Shown in pieces: positions 1 through 13,100 of a stretch of DNA of 64,000 bases. A program made the position numbers and the translations under genes. Position 1 is the stretch's first letter. Each line of letters opens with the position of its first letter. The notes under the pieces are model-generated. The model did no database searches. It saw nothing but the letters and a program-made list of their open reading frames with translations, and had not been told where the DNA came from. Source of the DNA: Tubiluchus corallicola (Eukaryota > Animalia > Priapulida); assembly GCA_030141605.1 (NCBI GenBank), contig JAQGDQ010000414.1, forward strand, positions 1 through 64,000. The letters run 5' to 3'.

Positions 1-1266
1 TATCTCATTCTTTGTAACAAATGTTACAACGCTAGAATATCAGAAAGCAGAGGTGCTATTATACCCATCCAAGTTGAAAATGTCCAGGAAAGAGGCTCAG
101 TAAGCAAGAATGCTGTATGCAGTGACACAGACGATGACAGTATAAGTCTAATTCACAACGAACTGAATTACTTTGCTCAAAATCAGTTGGAGGCAGGAGT
201 GCCATTTGTAGATTTGGCTAAGGTTATTCACGACTTTTATTCGGAGGAAAAATGTGATGAGGCGAAAGCGGTGCTTATTGGTCTTATACCACGCGACAAT
301 ACAGACAATCCAGAATTCGTGAAGAACAGAATCGGTCCATCCAAAAAGGCAAATGTGTGCAATGACATACTGAAGCTATTGCAATACGGCCCTATAATAA
401 ATGCTGCGCCTGCACCGAGATTTGCGGCCGCTTTCTCTCAAAACATCCCGCCAATGAGTCTGAAATCAATGGATACATCAGTATTGTTAAAACAACTTCA
501 AATTGTGCAGCAGGACCTAGCGGTATTGAAAGATAAATTCATAACGAAGGAGGACTTAAATGAAATATTAGACGCACGTTTTGCCAGCTCTAACATTGCC
601 ATAGCAAAGCAGAAGAGCTATTCTTCAGTAGTCCAGTCAGCAGGTGTGTTATCTTCCTCTGCAAAGTCTATCCCGCATAAGCCACCTACCACAAAGACGG
701 TCACGCTGGGTGATTCAGATAAGGATAGTGATGGCTTCACTAAAGTCGTACGTTCTAGTAAACGCCCCAGACTTCCTTTAACGAAGCCAGCATCTAAGCG
801 GGTTATAACTGGCACTGCAACCAATAGTGAGGTAAAATCCAGCAAGCCGTTACGACAGTTATTCGTTACGCGACTGGATCCGGACACTAACACTGGTGAC
901 ATAGAACGGTTAATTATAGACCAATGCGACATTAAGGTGACTGTAAAACAGCTGCAGACGAAGTACAATACGTATAGTTCATTTGTGGTTAGCTGCTTCG
1001 GTAATGAAGAGAAGGACCAGATAATGAATCCGGAGATCTGGCCAGCTGGGGTGCTTGTTAAGCCATATTTCCCCCCGAAATCTGCATCTAACGGCAAAGA
1101 TAAAAACGCTACAGCTAAGACAAGCGATCAGTCACAATCCGTGGCTGAGGCTGCTCAATCTACCGATGCTGGACATACAACGCAAGCGAGCTTGACACTC
1201 CTGGCAGCAAATCAACGTTCCTGGGGCTCAATGAGTTCTGTTGCTTCGAGTGATGGAAAATCTTGA
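1..1266 (+). CDS. LINE ORF1 (5'-partial)
   Basis: The frame is open from base 1 (YLILCNKC...NELNYFAQNQ...IHDFYSEEKCDEAKAVL), beyond the called 187 start. It has a coiled-coil segment (LLKQLQIVQQDLAVLK) and a C-terminal RRM-like block LFVTRLDPDT...YSSFVV...IWPAGVLVKPYF typical of LINE ORF1s. Confidence 0.85.
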   Translation, partial: YLILCNKCYNARISESRGAIIPIQVENVQERGSVSKNAVCSDTDDDSISLIHNELNYFAQNQLEAGVPFVDLAKVIHDFYSEEKCDEAKAVLIGLIPRDNTDNPEFVKNRIGPSKKANVCNDILKLLQYGPIINAAPAPRFAAAFSQNIPPMSLKSMDTSVLLKQLQIVQQDLAVLKDKFITKEDLNEILDARFASSNIAIAKQKSYSSVVQSAGVLSSSAKSIPHKPPTTKTVTLGDSDKDSDGFTKVVRSSKRPRLPLTKPASKRVITGTATNSEVKSSKPLRQLFVTRLDPDTNTGDIERLIIDQCDIKVTVKQLQTKYNTYSSFVVSCFGNEEKDQIMNPEIWPAGVLVKPYFPPKSASNGKDKNATAKTSDQSQSVAEAAQSTDAGHTTQASLTLLAANQRSWGSMSSVASSDGKS

Positions 1267-4200
1267 CATGGATAGCGACAATGTGTTAAAAACTCTAAAA
1301 ATTGTAAGTTACAATTGTAACTCAATTACTAATTCCGAGTCAAAGTTTGTCATAAGTGAACTATGTAATGAGTTTGATATAATTCTGCTCCAAGAAACTA
1401 TGTTGCCTAAGCAGGACTTAGGTCACTTGTCTAAAATACATCCATCTTTTTATGGGAGAGGTGTATCACCCACTGATTTGTCTAAAGGGTTGCTTGATGG
1501 TAGACCCCAGGGAGGTCTAGCTGTTCTCTGGCGAAAATCACTGCCGGGTGAACATAATGTTCTGATATACGAAAGCGAATATAGAATAATGGGGTTTTCT
1601 ATGAGACTGCCTGGAAAACTTATGCCTCTTGTTTTTTATAACGTGTACTTTCCATGTGAATCTGATGGCAATTTAGATGATTTTAGACTTTGTCTTGGTA
1701 AACTTAATGCATATATTGAAGAAACTACGTCAAGCTATGTTTGCTGTATCGGAGACTATAATGCTCATCCAGCAAAGGCCTTTTTTCGTGAATTAGCTGA
1801 TAATTGTTCGGCTAATAATTACTTTATTTCGGATGTTAACCAACTACCCTCAACAACCTTTACCTATGTTAGTGCAGCTCACAACACATGTACGTGGTTG
1901 GACCATATTATATGCACCGAAGCAGCAAACAAGTTGATTAATATGATTAAAAAAAACCACGTATAAGCAATAACACGCGAACATCCTACACAGTCCTCAT
2001 TTATAACACAAAGCCCGTAAAGTCCGTAACATCCTGCCTACTTACCTAACGCAAAGCCAGCAGCGTTTACTCCTGCCTACTGTATGTTGCAAAGCAGCTT
2101 TTTGCTGAATTAAAGTTATAGACACAATGGATGACGTCAGCACAATGGAATGCGTCTGCCTTTGCGTCAGCAATTTTCTAAGGCGAAAATTGTCGATAAT
2201 AGAACATCTTATTAACTCGTTGATACCCCTCTCGGTGGACCTGCACTAAAGTATAACCTACATCATCGTGTAGCCCTGTCCTTCCTCTTTGTAAAGAGCC
2301 GTATATCTCCTTCCGAGAGTTCCACCGGGCGACGCTAGAACGTTTTTTCTGCAGGCTGTTTGGTCAAAATTTCGAAAAAATCGCGAGTTGGGTCCGGGAA
2401 AACGCCCGTTGCGGGGCGCCCTGGCCCTCTCGCGAATTCTAAATATGCCTACTACACCCACCGCTGAACCGGCTATCTATCCATACCCAGGACCACCCTC
2501 GGCCCGTTCCCGTTCTCTACATCTCAGCCGTATAACTTTTGCAATTTTTTGCAAAAAACGGTCGAAAAGGGGGCATTTTTGGAGGTTTTTCGCCTCCCCC
2601 TCCTCCCGGTGGGCCCGATTCGAAAAATAAACCATCAATGGCACGACACTAGATCGAGACCTTTCGTTTGATATATAGATCGCCGCAAATGGTGCTCTCG
2701 TCGAAGCTGTAGCCTCGAATCTTATATATATATATATATACCAAGAATATTAATATAAGAGTATAGATATAAATTATGATCTGACTGTACGTGATCACAT
2801 GCCATTAATTGCAGTTTTCGATGTAGACAGCTTGGTTTCTGGCTGGTCAGACAGCCCTGTAAATACCAATTGTGCACTAGGCCTAAACGCTTCAAACCAA
2901 AATTATGTTGCAAAACATGCCCCGGATTGGAGTAATGCAACCAATGTTCAACTGGGTAATTATTATTCTATGACACATGCGGCTTTACTTGATGTATTAG
3001 TACCATACTCTACTGTCCTGTGCTCTGATATTCATTGTAGCAGTGATGCACACAGGCAAGAAATAACCAGTTTTCATGATGCGATAATTAACACTCTTAG
3101 TACAGCAGCTTCACAAGCTTTTCCCATTAATGAAAGAAAGAGAAACTCTTGGAACTCTGTACCAGGGTGGAATGAATTTGTTGCCGAAAAACACAATTAT
3201 TCACGACAATGCTTTGTCAATTGGCGTATGCTAGGTAAACCTCGCAGCGGTCCTATTGCAGAAGAAATGCGTCGAGCTCGTGCTCAATTTAAATATGCCC
3301 TACGCGATTGTAAAAAACATCAGCAAAGCATTGTATCAGACAAAATTGCCTACCGTCTTATGCATTGCAACTCCTACCAGTTTTGGAAAACAATAAAGAA
3401 AGAAACAAATTCTAAACTTCCTCTTCCCTCTAGCGTTAATAACGTAACAGGGGAAAATAACATTTGTAATATGTGGGCGGAGCACTATCGCGTTCTTTTT
3501 AATTCGGTTGATAATGGAAATTTGGAGGAGCAGCTGCACCGGGCCCTTGCAGAAGATATGCATATTATACCCAAGTTTACTGTTAGAGAGGTGCAAGATG
3601 CAATCGGCACACTAACTTTGCATAAATCTGCAGGTCCTGATGGTATACAGGCCGAACATTTTAAGTATTCTTCCTCAATGTTACCGGTTCTTTTATCCCT
3701 GTTGTTTAGCTCCTGTTTGATTCACGGCTTTCTTCCTGAATCGCTAATGATGTCTGTATTAATTCCTCTAGTAAAGGATAAAAATAAAGATATTACGGAT
3801 GCAAATAACTATAGGCCAATTGCACTAGCTTCTATTGCCAGCAAAATATTCGAAATTTTATTACTTAACAGATACAAACAGTATATTCCAACAACTCCTA
3901 ATCAGTTTGGCTATGTAGAAAAACTTGGCACTGAAATTTGCATAAACACATTAAAGGAGATCATTGACTACTACATTAGTCGTGATAGCTCTGTTCACAT
4001 TGTTTTTATCGACGCATCAAAGGCATTTGACAGGGTTAATTTCTTCAAGCTTTTTCTTAAACTCACAAAGACTTCAATCCCGAATATTGTAATCCGCTTG
4101 CTCACATTTTATTACACGCAGCAAGGCATGTCTGTCAGGTGGGGACATAGTCAGTCTACAACTTTTAATATTGGAAATGGAGTACGCCAAGGTGGCAAGA

Positions 4201-4961
4201 TGTCACCATTTCTTTTTAATTTTTATTTTAAAGATCTAAGTGTTAAGCTTTCATCCACCCAACTTGGTTGCAATGTGTCGAACATGGTTATGAACCACCT
4301 GATGTACGCTGACGATGTTTGTTTGTTAGCAACAACGATTACGGCCCTACAGCAACTACTAGACGTGTATAAATTGTATGCTGAACAGTATGACATAAAA
4401 ATTAATGTAGCTAAAACTAAACTTATGTCTGTTAATTCAAACATCATGAGAAATTTTATGTTTGGTAACATCAAACTAGATAATAATGTTTTACGTACCT
4501 GTGATAATGAAAAATATTTGGGACATATTATTTCAAATGATAACCGAGATGACCTTGACATTATTAATCAAAGATCCCTATACTATTGTCGTACAAACCA
4601 ACTTATTAGAAAATTCAGCTATTGTTCTGTTGATGTTAAAAGATATCTATTTAATGCTTACTGTAATACATTCTATTGCATGTCTACTTGGAGACATTTT
4701 AATAATGGTAATATCTTAAAACTTAAAATTGCGCACAATGTGTCAAAAAGATTATTTTTCGGATATGCATATGATTACAGTGCTCGTGAGATGAGTGTTG
4801 AAATTCACGTGATGTATTTTGATGTATTACGTAGAAAATCTGTGTTAAGTTTAATGAAAAGATTTGATACTAGTGATAATTTAATGTGCCAGAAAATTTT
4901 AGTAAGCGATGCCAAATTTACATCGCACATAAGACAGCAATGGTGGAGACTATTATTGTAA
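1253..4961 (+). pseudogene. LINE ORF2 (APE endonuclease + reverse transcriptase), interrupted at 1951-2767
   Basis: APE motifs: SYNCNS, LLQET, GGLAVLW, NVYFP, GDYNA, WLDHII. After the insert the frame resumes with RDHMP (equivalent of SDH.P). RT motifs: KSAGPDGI, NYRPIAL, QFGY, FIDASKAFDRV, GVRQGGKMSP, YADD, KYLG. Joining 1950 to 2768 gives in-frame ...NKLINMI-N-INYDLTVRDHMP. Confidence 0.92.
1951..2767 (-). mobile_element. Non-autonomous Helitron-like insertion (817 bp) within LINE ORF2
   Basis: Inserted between A and T with no TSD. The minus-strand 5' end reads TCTATACTCTTATATTAATATTCTTGG followed by (TA)n, like invertebrate non-autonomous Helitrons. The other end lacks a canonical CTRR (ends ...TACGTGGTTTTTT), and the left boundary lies in an A-run. 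Confidence 0.65.
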
Positions 4962-7855
4962 TTTTCATGTTTAACTAAGTTTGTGTGTGATTTGTTTGTA
5001 GTGGTTTTTTGTTTTTATGATGTTGTATGTTGTATATATGTAATTTATATTATGAACTTATGTTTGAAATAAAGAATTAAATCAAATCAAATCAAATCTA
5101 CCCCTTTCACTCACTCAGTCACTCGGTCTCTCTTTCAATTCAAAATCAAAGTAAACAGATTTAATAGATGTTATCCGTCACACTGACACTTTGTCACGTT
5201 TATCATTAGTATCCGTTTGAAATCATTCACCAGTCAATCCGGCTCAAGTTACATTGATATGTAGAAGGTATGAATTCGTCAGGTGTTCGTGAGAACTAAA
5301 TTGCTTAAATCGGCAGGGATTTTAAAGGCTTTGTCGTCGTTAAATCTTGTCAATTACTTGTGAATCCAACCTGGATTAGGCAGAATTGATCCCGAGAGGC
5401 AGAGGCTCGTGGCTTGTATCAGAAGACGGATGTATAGCGGCTGTACAGCAAACAAAAGCTGATGATATTGCTGTTCCCAGTATCACCTGAAGTTCCTTTC
5501 CTGCTTCTGTTGATAACTTGCCAGTTAATAACAATTTGTAACGTTTGCCTATAACTTAGCTAAAGAATGGCCTCAGTTAATAATTGCATAGTGTTTATGT
5601 TCAATAAAATTTTATTACGAACCATTATTAACTACTGCATTTGGCTTGTGCTTTTGAATAACTTGTCATAGTAATATACCATCACATTAACCTTATTCCT
5701 ACTAATTCCTCGGGTAGAAGTATAATGCTAAAAGTGTTTATTTGTAACGTGTATGATACTTTTTGTACTGTTTTAAACTTTTAACAGAGATTAGGCATAG
5801 CAACTATTTACCCTAGCTAGAGAGGTTAGTAACTCGTGCGTTCGTCCGTGTTGGGGATCGAAATGCACGAAGCATGCAGATTGGTCCTAAAGCAATTGTA
5901 ATACTGACTCTTTTCAGCATTACTTGCAAAAAATAAAAAACTATCTGGGATGTTTCTCTACGTCATACCAATTGCCAACTTTAGACGTTACACATTTTTT
6001 TCAAAAATTTGTGTGTAGTATATTAGGGACAAGAAAAAATCTTGAAAAAGATCATTATATCTGGAAAAAAATTCCATTTTGCCTAGAGTGTGAAATAATG
6101 GATAGAACTTTCTCTGCCCTTGTACTGAAGCTGTTCAGCATTCAACAGCTTTGACGATTAGTTACACGAAAACCTTTTTTAAGTCCTGGTGGAACTTGGG
6201 GCGCCGTCTTGTTAAACCCTGACGTTTGCTAGAAGAAATGTACCGCATACGTGCACTGACGTAACATTACTATAGCATCTGTTCTTGTTATTTTTGGCAA
6301 AAAGTTTGTGTTGGTATTTTTCTGCGGCAACATGATCATTTAAACTGTATCGGGTTCTGTGCTGTTAGTTAATGCTGAACACGTCCGTTTTGTGTTTTGG
6401 GGGTGGTCAGCAGGTCTGTGGTGGAAAGAAGCGCTCGAAAATCAGGTAAACTAGTCTGCTTCTCTTCACACTTGTGATAGTTAGGAAGGTACTTGATTTG
6501 CCAACTTTGAACGCTGTTAGGTCAAACAGGCTCTCATAACCAATTGCAAAAGCTTTGTTAAGGGCTAATTTGTTGCTCGTGCAATGGGAGCCTATTGTTT
6601 CTTAAAGGTAACCTTGGTTTCTTGTGAGACTCGGCTGTTTTAAAGTAATGCCGCAACCTATAAGTTTGGATGTTTTGCCCTTTAAGAAGGCCGGAAGCTA
6701 TTATGCTAATTTCGGACAAAGGTGTTTGCTTTGGTTTAGCCTTTGGGGATGAAGCCCATTTTGTGTAGGATGACTGAGATGAGTAATATTTTGCATGACT
6801 AAAATAAAAATTAAATGTAATTAGCTGTGAAATGTATTTATTTGAGGCCTATAACGAAGAAATCCATAAATCACGAATAAAATTAAACTCGCCTGATCTC
6901 CATCAATTTTCTGTGTTTTATTTGGCTCTCTGTACACGTCCCTCACAGGCGCCATTCTGTCACCAACCCACCCCATTTTTGAGTGAACTAATCCTGATTC
7001 AATAAAAGGTTGTTGATTCGTTTCAATGCACGCAATAAGCTGCATTCTCTCGCTGTTTTTGCACTTTTGTATTGCGGCAAACATCAGAGAAGTTTTCTCG
7101 CGTGTCCAGGTCCTACACACTAATGCACCTGCCCTACTTTCTGGGGGTGGTTGGTAGTAACACGAAACTAAATTTACACTAAACTCTTTATTTTGATGCT
7201 TAAACTAACCGTTATAGTAGAGTTTGAATGTAAAAGAACGCGTTATTTAAAGTAACAAAATTATTTTATATTAACATCATAGATAGTTTTTTATGTATTG
7301 AATGTGCACAGCGCCAGCACCCTGCCTTGACATGGACCAGTAAAAATAGGAAAAAAGCTGGGTATTTTGTAAAGATTATAAAACATAATAATGAGGTGTT
7401 ATAATTGTGTACGGCTTGGGTGGGAATGCCAGTCCAGTATCGTATTTCCTGCTTATCAGTATTATCAGAAAGAGTTTAGTTGGACAAGCTTTTAGAGGTG
7501 TTCAATGCACTAACAGCGTGAGGTTGTTTGTGTGTTACCTTTTATGGTGCAACACATTGTTATTTGACCACCAGCTTGCCAAACCATTTTCTTACTGAAC
7601 TATTGATCAGAGATACGCAGACGTTGTGAGTTTTGAACATAGATTGCACAAGAAACAGTTTACCGTCTTTTACCATGACAATTATATGAAGATTTCATGT
7701 TTTGATTTTGGTCCTGCCAATGCCAGTTTCTTCTTTACTTGTTTAAAACAACATCTCCATTTTTTACTGAAACCAAGGTGTTGCTTTCTGCAAAATCTTG
7801 GAAACCGAATACGATCCAGACTGTTGTGATTAGAATGCGGTAGGAATATTTCTTT

Positions 7856-7945
7856 GTGGCATAATAGCTACCCAGAAAGCACAGTCGAGTCCGAGTCCGA
7901 GTTGGGTTCGAGTCCCACAAGCGGGAAGAATTTTTCAGACTTTTT
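7856..7945 (+). mobile_element. tRNA-derived SINE-like head (degenerate)
   Basis: A-box-like TGGCATAATAG and B-box GGTTCGAGTCCC (~7905-7916), followed by T-runs. No complete cloverleaf. Confidence 0.5.
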
Positions 7946-10106
7946 GATTTAGTATCGCTTTTATACCTTTATCAATTTATTTTTATAAAAATGTCAGTTT
8001 TTAAAAGTGTCTAGTTAAACGCTGATTGGTTCTTCCTATGCTCGACAAACTTCGAATAAATTGGAATGCTGTGGCAAATTATTTATGTAGCTACTGGCCA
8101 GCGCTTGGAAGCTGACCTCGGCTCGTATGCTTTCATTACATTCCACGCGGAACATCTTAACTTCAGATTCTTGTCGAAGGATAATGAAAGATTTAGTAGC
8201 TACTTAGAAGAACAGATTGTAATGAAACCATCGTTTTTGTTGCATTACAGTATTAGCACTGCGTATACAGCCACTACGATTTTCTTCTTTGCAGGGAATT
8301 AGCTTGATAAAGTAGCTGTCTAGTTTCCATCGAGAAAAACTCGTCTTTGGCAGGCTGTGCTTTATTTATAAAGCAAAATCGATATGCGAACAATTTTTAA
8401 TTCGTGTCTATATGTGCGTACTTATTGATTGGGTTAGGAGCTTTTTTTGAGCTGTAGGCACAGTAGAACTTCTTGTTTTGACGTAAAAATTTGCTGAAGA
8501 CAGATTAAATTAAAACTGCACGAATATAAATCAAGTAAGCACCAGCTTATTGGACGAGGGAAATGGCTGAAAAGTTGCAGTGTGTGCTTAGTGCAGCAGT
8601 TAAGCAATGCCGAGGTTGGTCAGTGAATCGATGTATAACCGTACTGGAATGTTTTTATGTACCGTAATTGTTCTTTTTGTTTAGGCCTACCTCATAGGAG
8701 AGAATACATGTATTTGCGTTGGAAATTACGACAGAGGATTATCCTTAGTAATTAGCTACCGCCCAGTCCTGCCACAACCGTGCACATTAACTATTTGTTG
8801 TTTGCTTAATATTTACTCCCACTTTCTTTCAGCTAGACAGATAAGTGTCCCGTCGAGACAAGTTAAATACATACAAGATTTATTTTATTATTTATTGTTA
8901 ATGTCAAACAGCACATGTCTGCATAAAACAAGGTTGTTAATGTTGTAGGTCTAAACGTGTCTTGGTTAGGTTATCAAACTTTAGCTGGTCAGCAGAAACG
9001 TTTCAAACCTCCTGGCTTTGGTAATACATAATTTACTGCGTATCTAAATGCCACACAATAAATTCCTGAGCTTTTAATAGTTCTGAACATGATTCACGGC
9101 TGCGGAATTATTTATTGTGGTTAGTTGAAATTCATGGCGGTGTAGCCTGGTCTATTCTAAGAAATATTACACAAACACCAGGACTTAACACTAGGCGGTT
9201 GTCTGCGCAATCAGCATAAAATATGTTTGTATAGAACATGTCGGCCTTTCAAACAAATCACATGACGATTGTTGAAAACTCTGGTAGGCTCTTTTCAGAC
9301 TTTCGCGTTGAAAAGTACTTGTCAAGCTAATATTGAAATGTTTTCATTTTTTGAACATTTTACTAGTTGCCAGAGTTAGTAAGGGCAATAAAGATGTGTT
9401 AAAATATACTTCGTCGTTTAATCCGTGTTGGCAAAGTGCCGCATTAGTCACTTAATGCATTAATATTGTGGACTAATGAGTGGACTGATTTTGCCACAAA
9501 ATATGACGATAAGTCCGTACTGAAATACTTCAATTTGATGTAAAGTTACATGGCTCAACGCTGGAGTCTGTTAAAAGTTAAACGCATTAGAAAGGTATAA
9601 GAAAACCTGGTAACAATTTTTCCTTGTTCTTGCGCCGCATGCAACGATGGGCCGCTAGATGCTTTTGTTCATCTGAGAAAACCCCGTGGCCATAGATTAT
9701 ACATGTAATTAAAACGGAGATTCATTGAACACGCGCCTCAGATGACGTCATATGCAATCACGCATGCGCATACGTTGGCCAAAGTGTGCTGCTGGCTGCT
9801 TCACAGACTGTGTAACGAAATTATTTTCGCTTTGGCTATGAAAGATAAAAAATCCTGTGGAAAAATCAATGCAAAGAAAATGTGTTGCTTGCTCGCATTA
9901 AAAATTGTTAATAAACCTAGCGGTCAGCGCTGAAAAACAGCAACGTACTAATTATTCGTTTGGCTTAGCAGCGATTTGTCAAAATTCGGGTTTTATAGCC
10001 CGGGGCTTAGCGCTTCTGTGGGTACAAGCCGCCACCGTTTTTAAACTACAATTTTGCCAAATGGGTTGAGGTGCTCAGGACAATGCGTTTAGCCGGCGGA
10101 GTTTAA

Positions 10107-10123
10107 TAGCGGCAAGATCAAAG
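10107..10123 (-). promoter_or_regulatory. Putative TCF/LEF HMG site with adjacent Helper-like site (copy 1)
   Basis: The minus strand reads CTTTGATCT-T-GCCGCTA. A further GCCGCCA lies at 10028-10034. Confidence 0.45.
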
Positions 10124-13100
10124 AGATTGTTGGTACTTGGTTTACACTGGAAAAGGTAAAATACGCTGCTTGGCTGGCTGGGTGTTTTATAAACTGCGCA
10201 ATCTAATATTTCTTCGCTTTGGTGTTGTTTTGTGGTCGGGGTTACAACACCTTTGGCGTTGAGCCCATAATAAATGAAGTTTTTTCTGTTACTGTGAACG
10301 TTTGTTACAAAAAACATCCCACGGTCATAATGATAATGAATTAATGACTTCTTATACCCGTAATAATACATCTACTATTGTAAAAAGGGAATGCTGTACA
10401 AGAAATTATTATTTCCAACATAATCTAAAGCTACATCAACATGTAACTTATTGCCAACCGGTTTCGAACATACCTTTACAATGTTCATTATCAAGGTAAC
10501 TAAAACAAAGAAATAAATTCCATTTTGATGTAGTTACGCGTATTTGCCAAATACGGATAATTCAATAATCTAAAGCTAAATTAACAGTAAACCCTTGCGA
10601 ATTAAAGCTGAAATGACAACTTAACGAGGGTTTTAACAACTCATATTTTATTACTATTTATCGCGAATATTATATAAACTCGTAAAAGAATGAAGTATTA
10701 TTATTTAAAAGAGTCATATGAGAAATTTTTCGCACCTACACGCGTATAATGTCAGAGGTTTAAGACATAACTCATAACGCTTACGCATGCAAGCGTGCGT
10801 AGTTGTCAGCATAATTCATTATCCCACAAGCTTTGCAAAAATGTAAAATCTATACAGATGCGTTTAGTCGTTGCATGAGCAGAACTCATTAATTTTTATT
10901 ATTCTGTGCGTTTCTACATCGCGCCGCACATTCTTCAAAAACTGTTTTTTCTCGCGTGTGAAAAATCGGTAATGGAAAATCATTTATTACTTCGAGTTTC
11001 TAGAGTTTCTGGCTTTCCAGCTCTTATAATCGATAGCAAGCTAAATCCACGTTATTTCACATTTCAAATGTATTTTTATTTCTTTATTCGTTTGCTAACA
11101 TTTAAAACTTATAAGTTTCCCCTAATAATGCTTGATCATTCTTGTGGGGTTTGCCGAGAGAAACGTGCAGTGTAACGTACAGTTATTATCAGAAGGCAAA
11201 TCGGTTTTTTGCCTAAGTAGGTTGCCATTTTGCTTTGCTTTTTTAAGCTTTATATTTATCCTCGTAACCTCATGTTTTTGCGATGTTACATTTGTTGTAT
11301 TTTGAATTCGTTCTTGTATTTTGTTTTTGTAGTTGCATTTTTTGCCATGTTACGTTGCATTTTTTGATAACACTCGTCTTTTCGCCGATTACCAATTGCC
11401 AACTTTAGACGTTACACATTTTTTTCAAAAATTTGTGTGTAGTATATTAGGGACAAGAAAAAATCTTGAAAAAGATCATTATATCTGGAAAAAAATTCCA
11501 TTTTGCCTAGAGTGTGAAATAATGGATAGAACTTTCTCTGCCTGGCCTTGTACTGAAGCTGTTCAGCATTCAACAGCTTTGACGATTAGTTACACGAAAA
11601 CCTTTTTTAAGTCCTGGTGGAACTTGGGGCGCCGTCTTGTTAAACCCTGACGTTTGCTAGAAGAAATGTACATCATACGTGCACTGACGTAACATTACTA
11701 TAGCATCTGTTCTTGTTATTTTTGGCAAAAAGTTTGTGTTGGTATTTTTCTGCGGCAACATGATCATTTAAACTGTATCGGGTTCTGTGCTGTTAGTTAA
11801 TGCTGAACACGTCCGTTTTGTGTTTTGGGGGTGGTCAGCAGGTCTGTGGTGGAAAGAAGCGCTCGAAAATCAGGTAAACTAGTCTGCTTCTCTTCACACT
11901 TGTGATAGTTAGGAAGGTACTTGATTTGCCAACTTTGAACGCTGTTAGGTCAAACAGGCTCTCATAACCAATTGCAAAAGCTTTGTTAAGGGCTAATTTG
12001 TTGCTCGTGCAATGGGAGCCTATTGTTTCTTAAAGGTAACCTTGGTTTCTTGTGAGACTCGGCTGTTTTAAAGTAATGCCGCAACCTATAAGTTTGGATG
12101 TTTTGCCCTTTAAGAATTATTTATTGTGGTTAGTTGAAATTCATGGCGGTGTAGCCTGGTCTATTCTAAGAAATATTACACAAACACCAGGACTTAACAC
12201 TAGGCGGTTGTCTGTGCAATCAGCATAAAATATGTTTGTATAGAACATGTCGGCCTTTCAAACAAATCACATGACGATTGTTGAAAACTCTGGTAGGCTC
12301 TTTTCAGACTTTCGCGTTGAAAAGTACTTGTCAAGCTAATATTGAAATGTTTTCATTTTTTGAACATTTTACTAGTTGCCAGAGTTAGTAAGGGCAATAA
12401 AGATGTGTTAAAAATTATTTATTGTGGTTAGTTGAAATTCATGGCGGTGTAGCCTGGTCTATTCTAAGAAATATTACACAAACACCAGGACTTAACACTA
12501 GGCGGTTGTCTGTGCAATCAGCATAAAATATGTTTGTATAGAACATGTCGGCCTTTCAAACAAATCACATGACGATTGTTGAAAACTCTGGTAGGCTCTT
12601 TTCAGACTTTCGCGTTGAAAAGTACTTGTCAAGCTAATATTGAAATGTTTTCATTTTTTGAACATTTTACTAGTTGCCAGAGTTAGTAAGGGCAATAAAG
12701 ATGTGTTAAAATATACTTCGTCGTTTAATCCGTGTTGGCAAAGTGCCGCATTAGTCACTTAATGCATTAATATTGTGGACTAATGAGTGGACTGATTTTG
12801 CCACAAAATATGACGATAAGTCCGTACTGAAATACTTCAATTTGATGTAAAGTTACATGGCTCAACGCTGGAGTCTGTTAAAAGTTAAACGCATTAGAAA
12901 GGTATAAGAAAACCTGGTAACAATTTTTCCTTGTTCTTGCGCCGCATGCAACGATGGGCCGCTAGATGCTTTTGTTCATCTGAGAAAACCCCGTGGCCAT
13001 AGATTATACATGTAATTAAAACGGAGATTCATTGAACACGCGCCTCAGATGACGTCATATGCAATCACGCATGCGCATACGTTGGCCAAAGTGTGCTGCT

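Larger units (their letters stand above)
1..5098 (+). mobile_element. Non-LTR retrotransposon (LINE, APE+RT; RTE-X-like), near full length, 5' end outside window
   Basis: ORF1 is followed by an APE endonuclease and an RT ORF, then a T-rich 3'UTR, AATAAA at 5068-5073 and an (ATCAA)n tail at 5081-5098. The linker 'GWNEFVAEKHNYSRQCFVNWRMLGKPRSG...MRRARAQFKYALRDCKK' resembles RTE-X elements as I recall them, so the clade call is less certain than the LINE call. Confidence 0.9.

Noticed and set aside
2258-2630. ORFs inside the LINE insertion as a captured gene or intron
   Set aside because: No recognisable domain, and the insert boundaries are not GT-AG.
618-4561. Antisense ORFs over the LINE (and similarly over the large ZNRF3 exon)
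   Set aside because: Shadow ORFs of real coding sequence.
6821-7120. GWVG-containing ORF as the missing ZNRF3 PA exon
   Set aside because: It is on the wrong strand and the flanking residues do not match.
7856-7925. Functional tRNA gene
   Set aside because: A B-box is present, but no acceptor or anticodon stems form.
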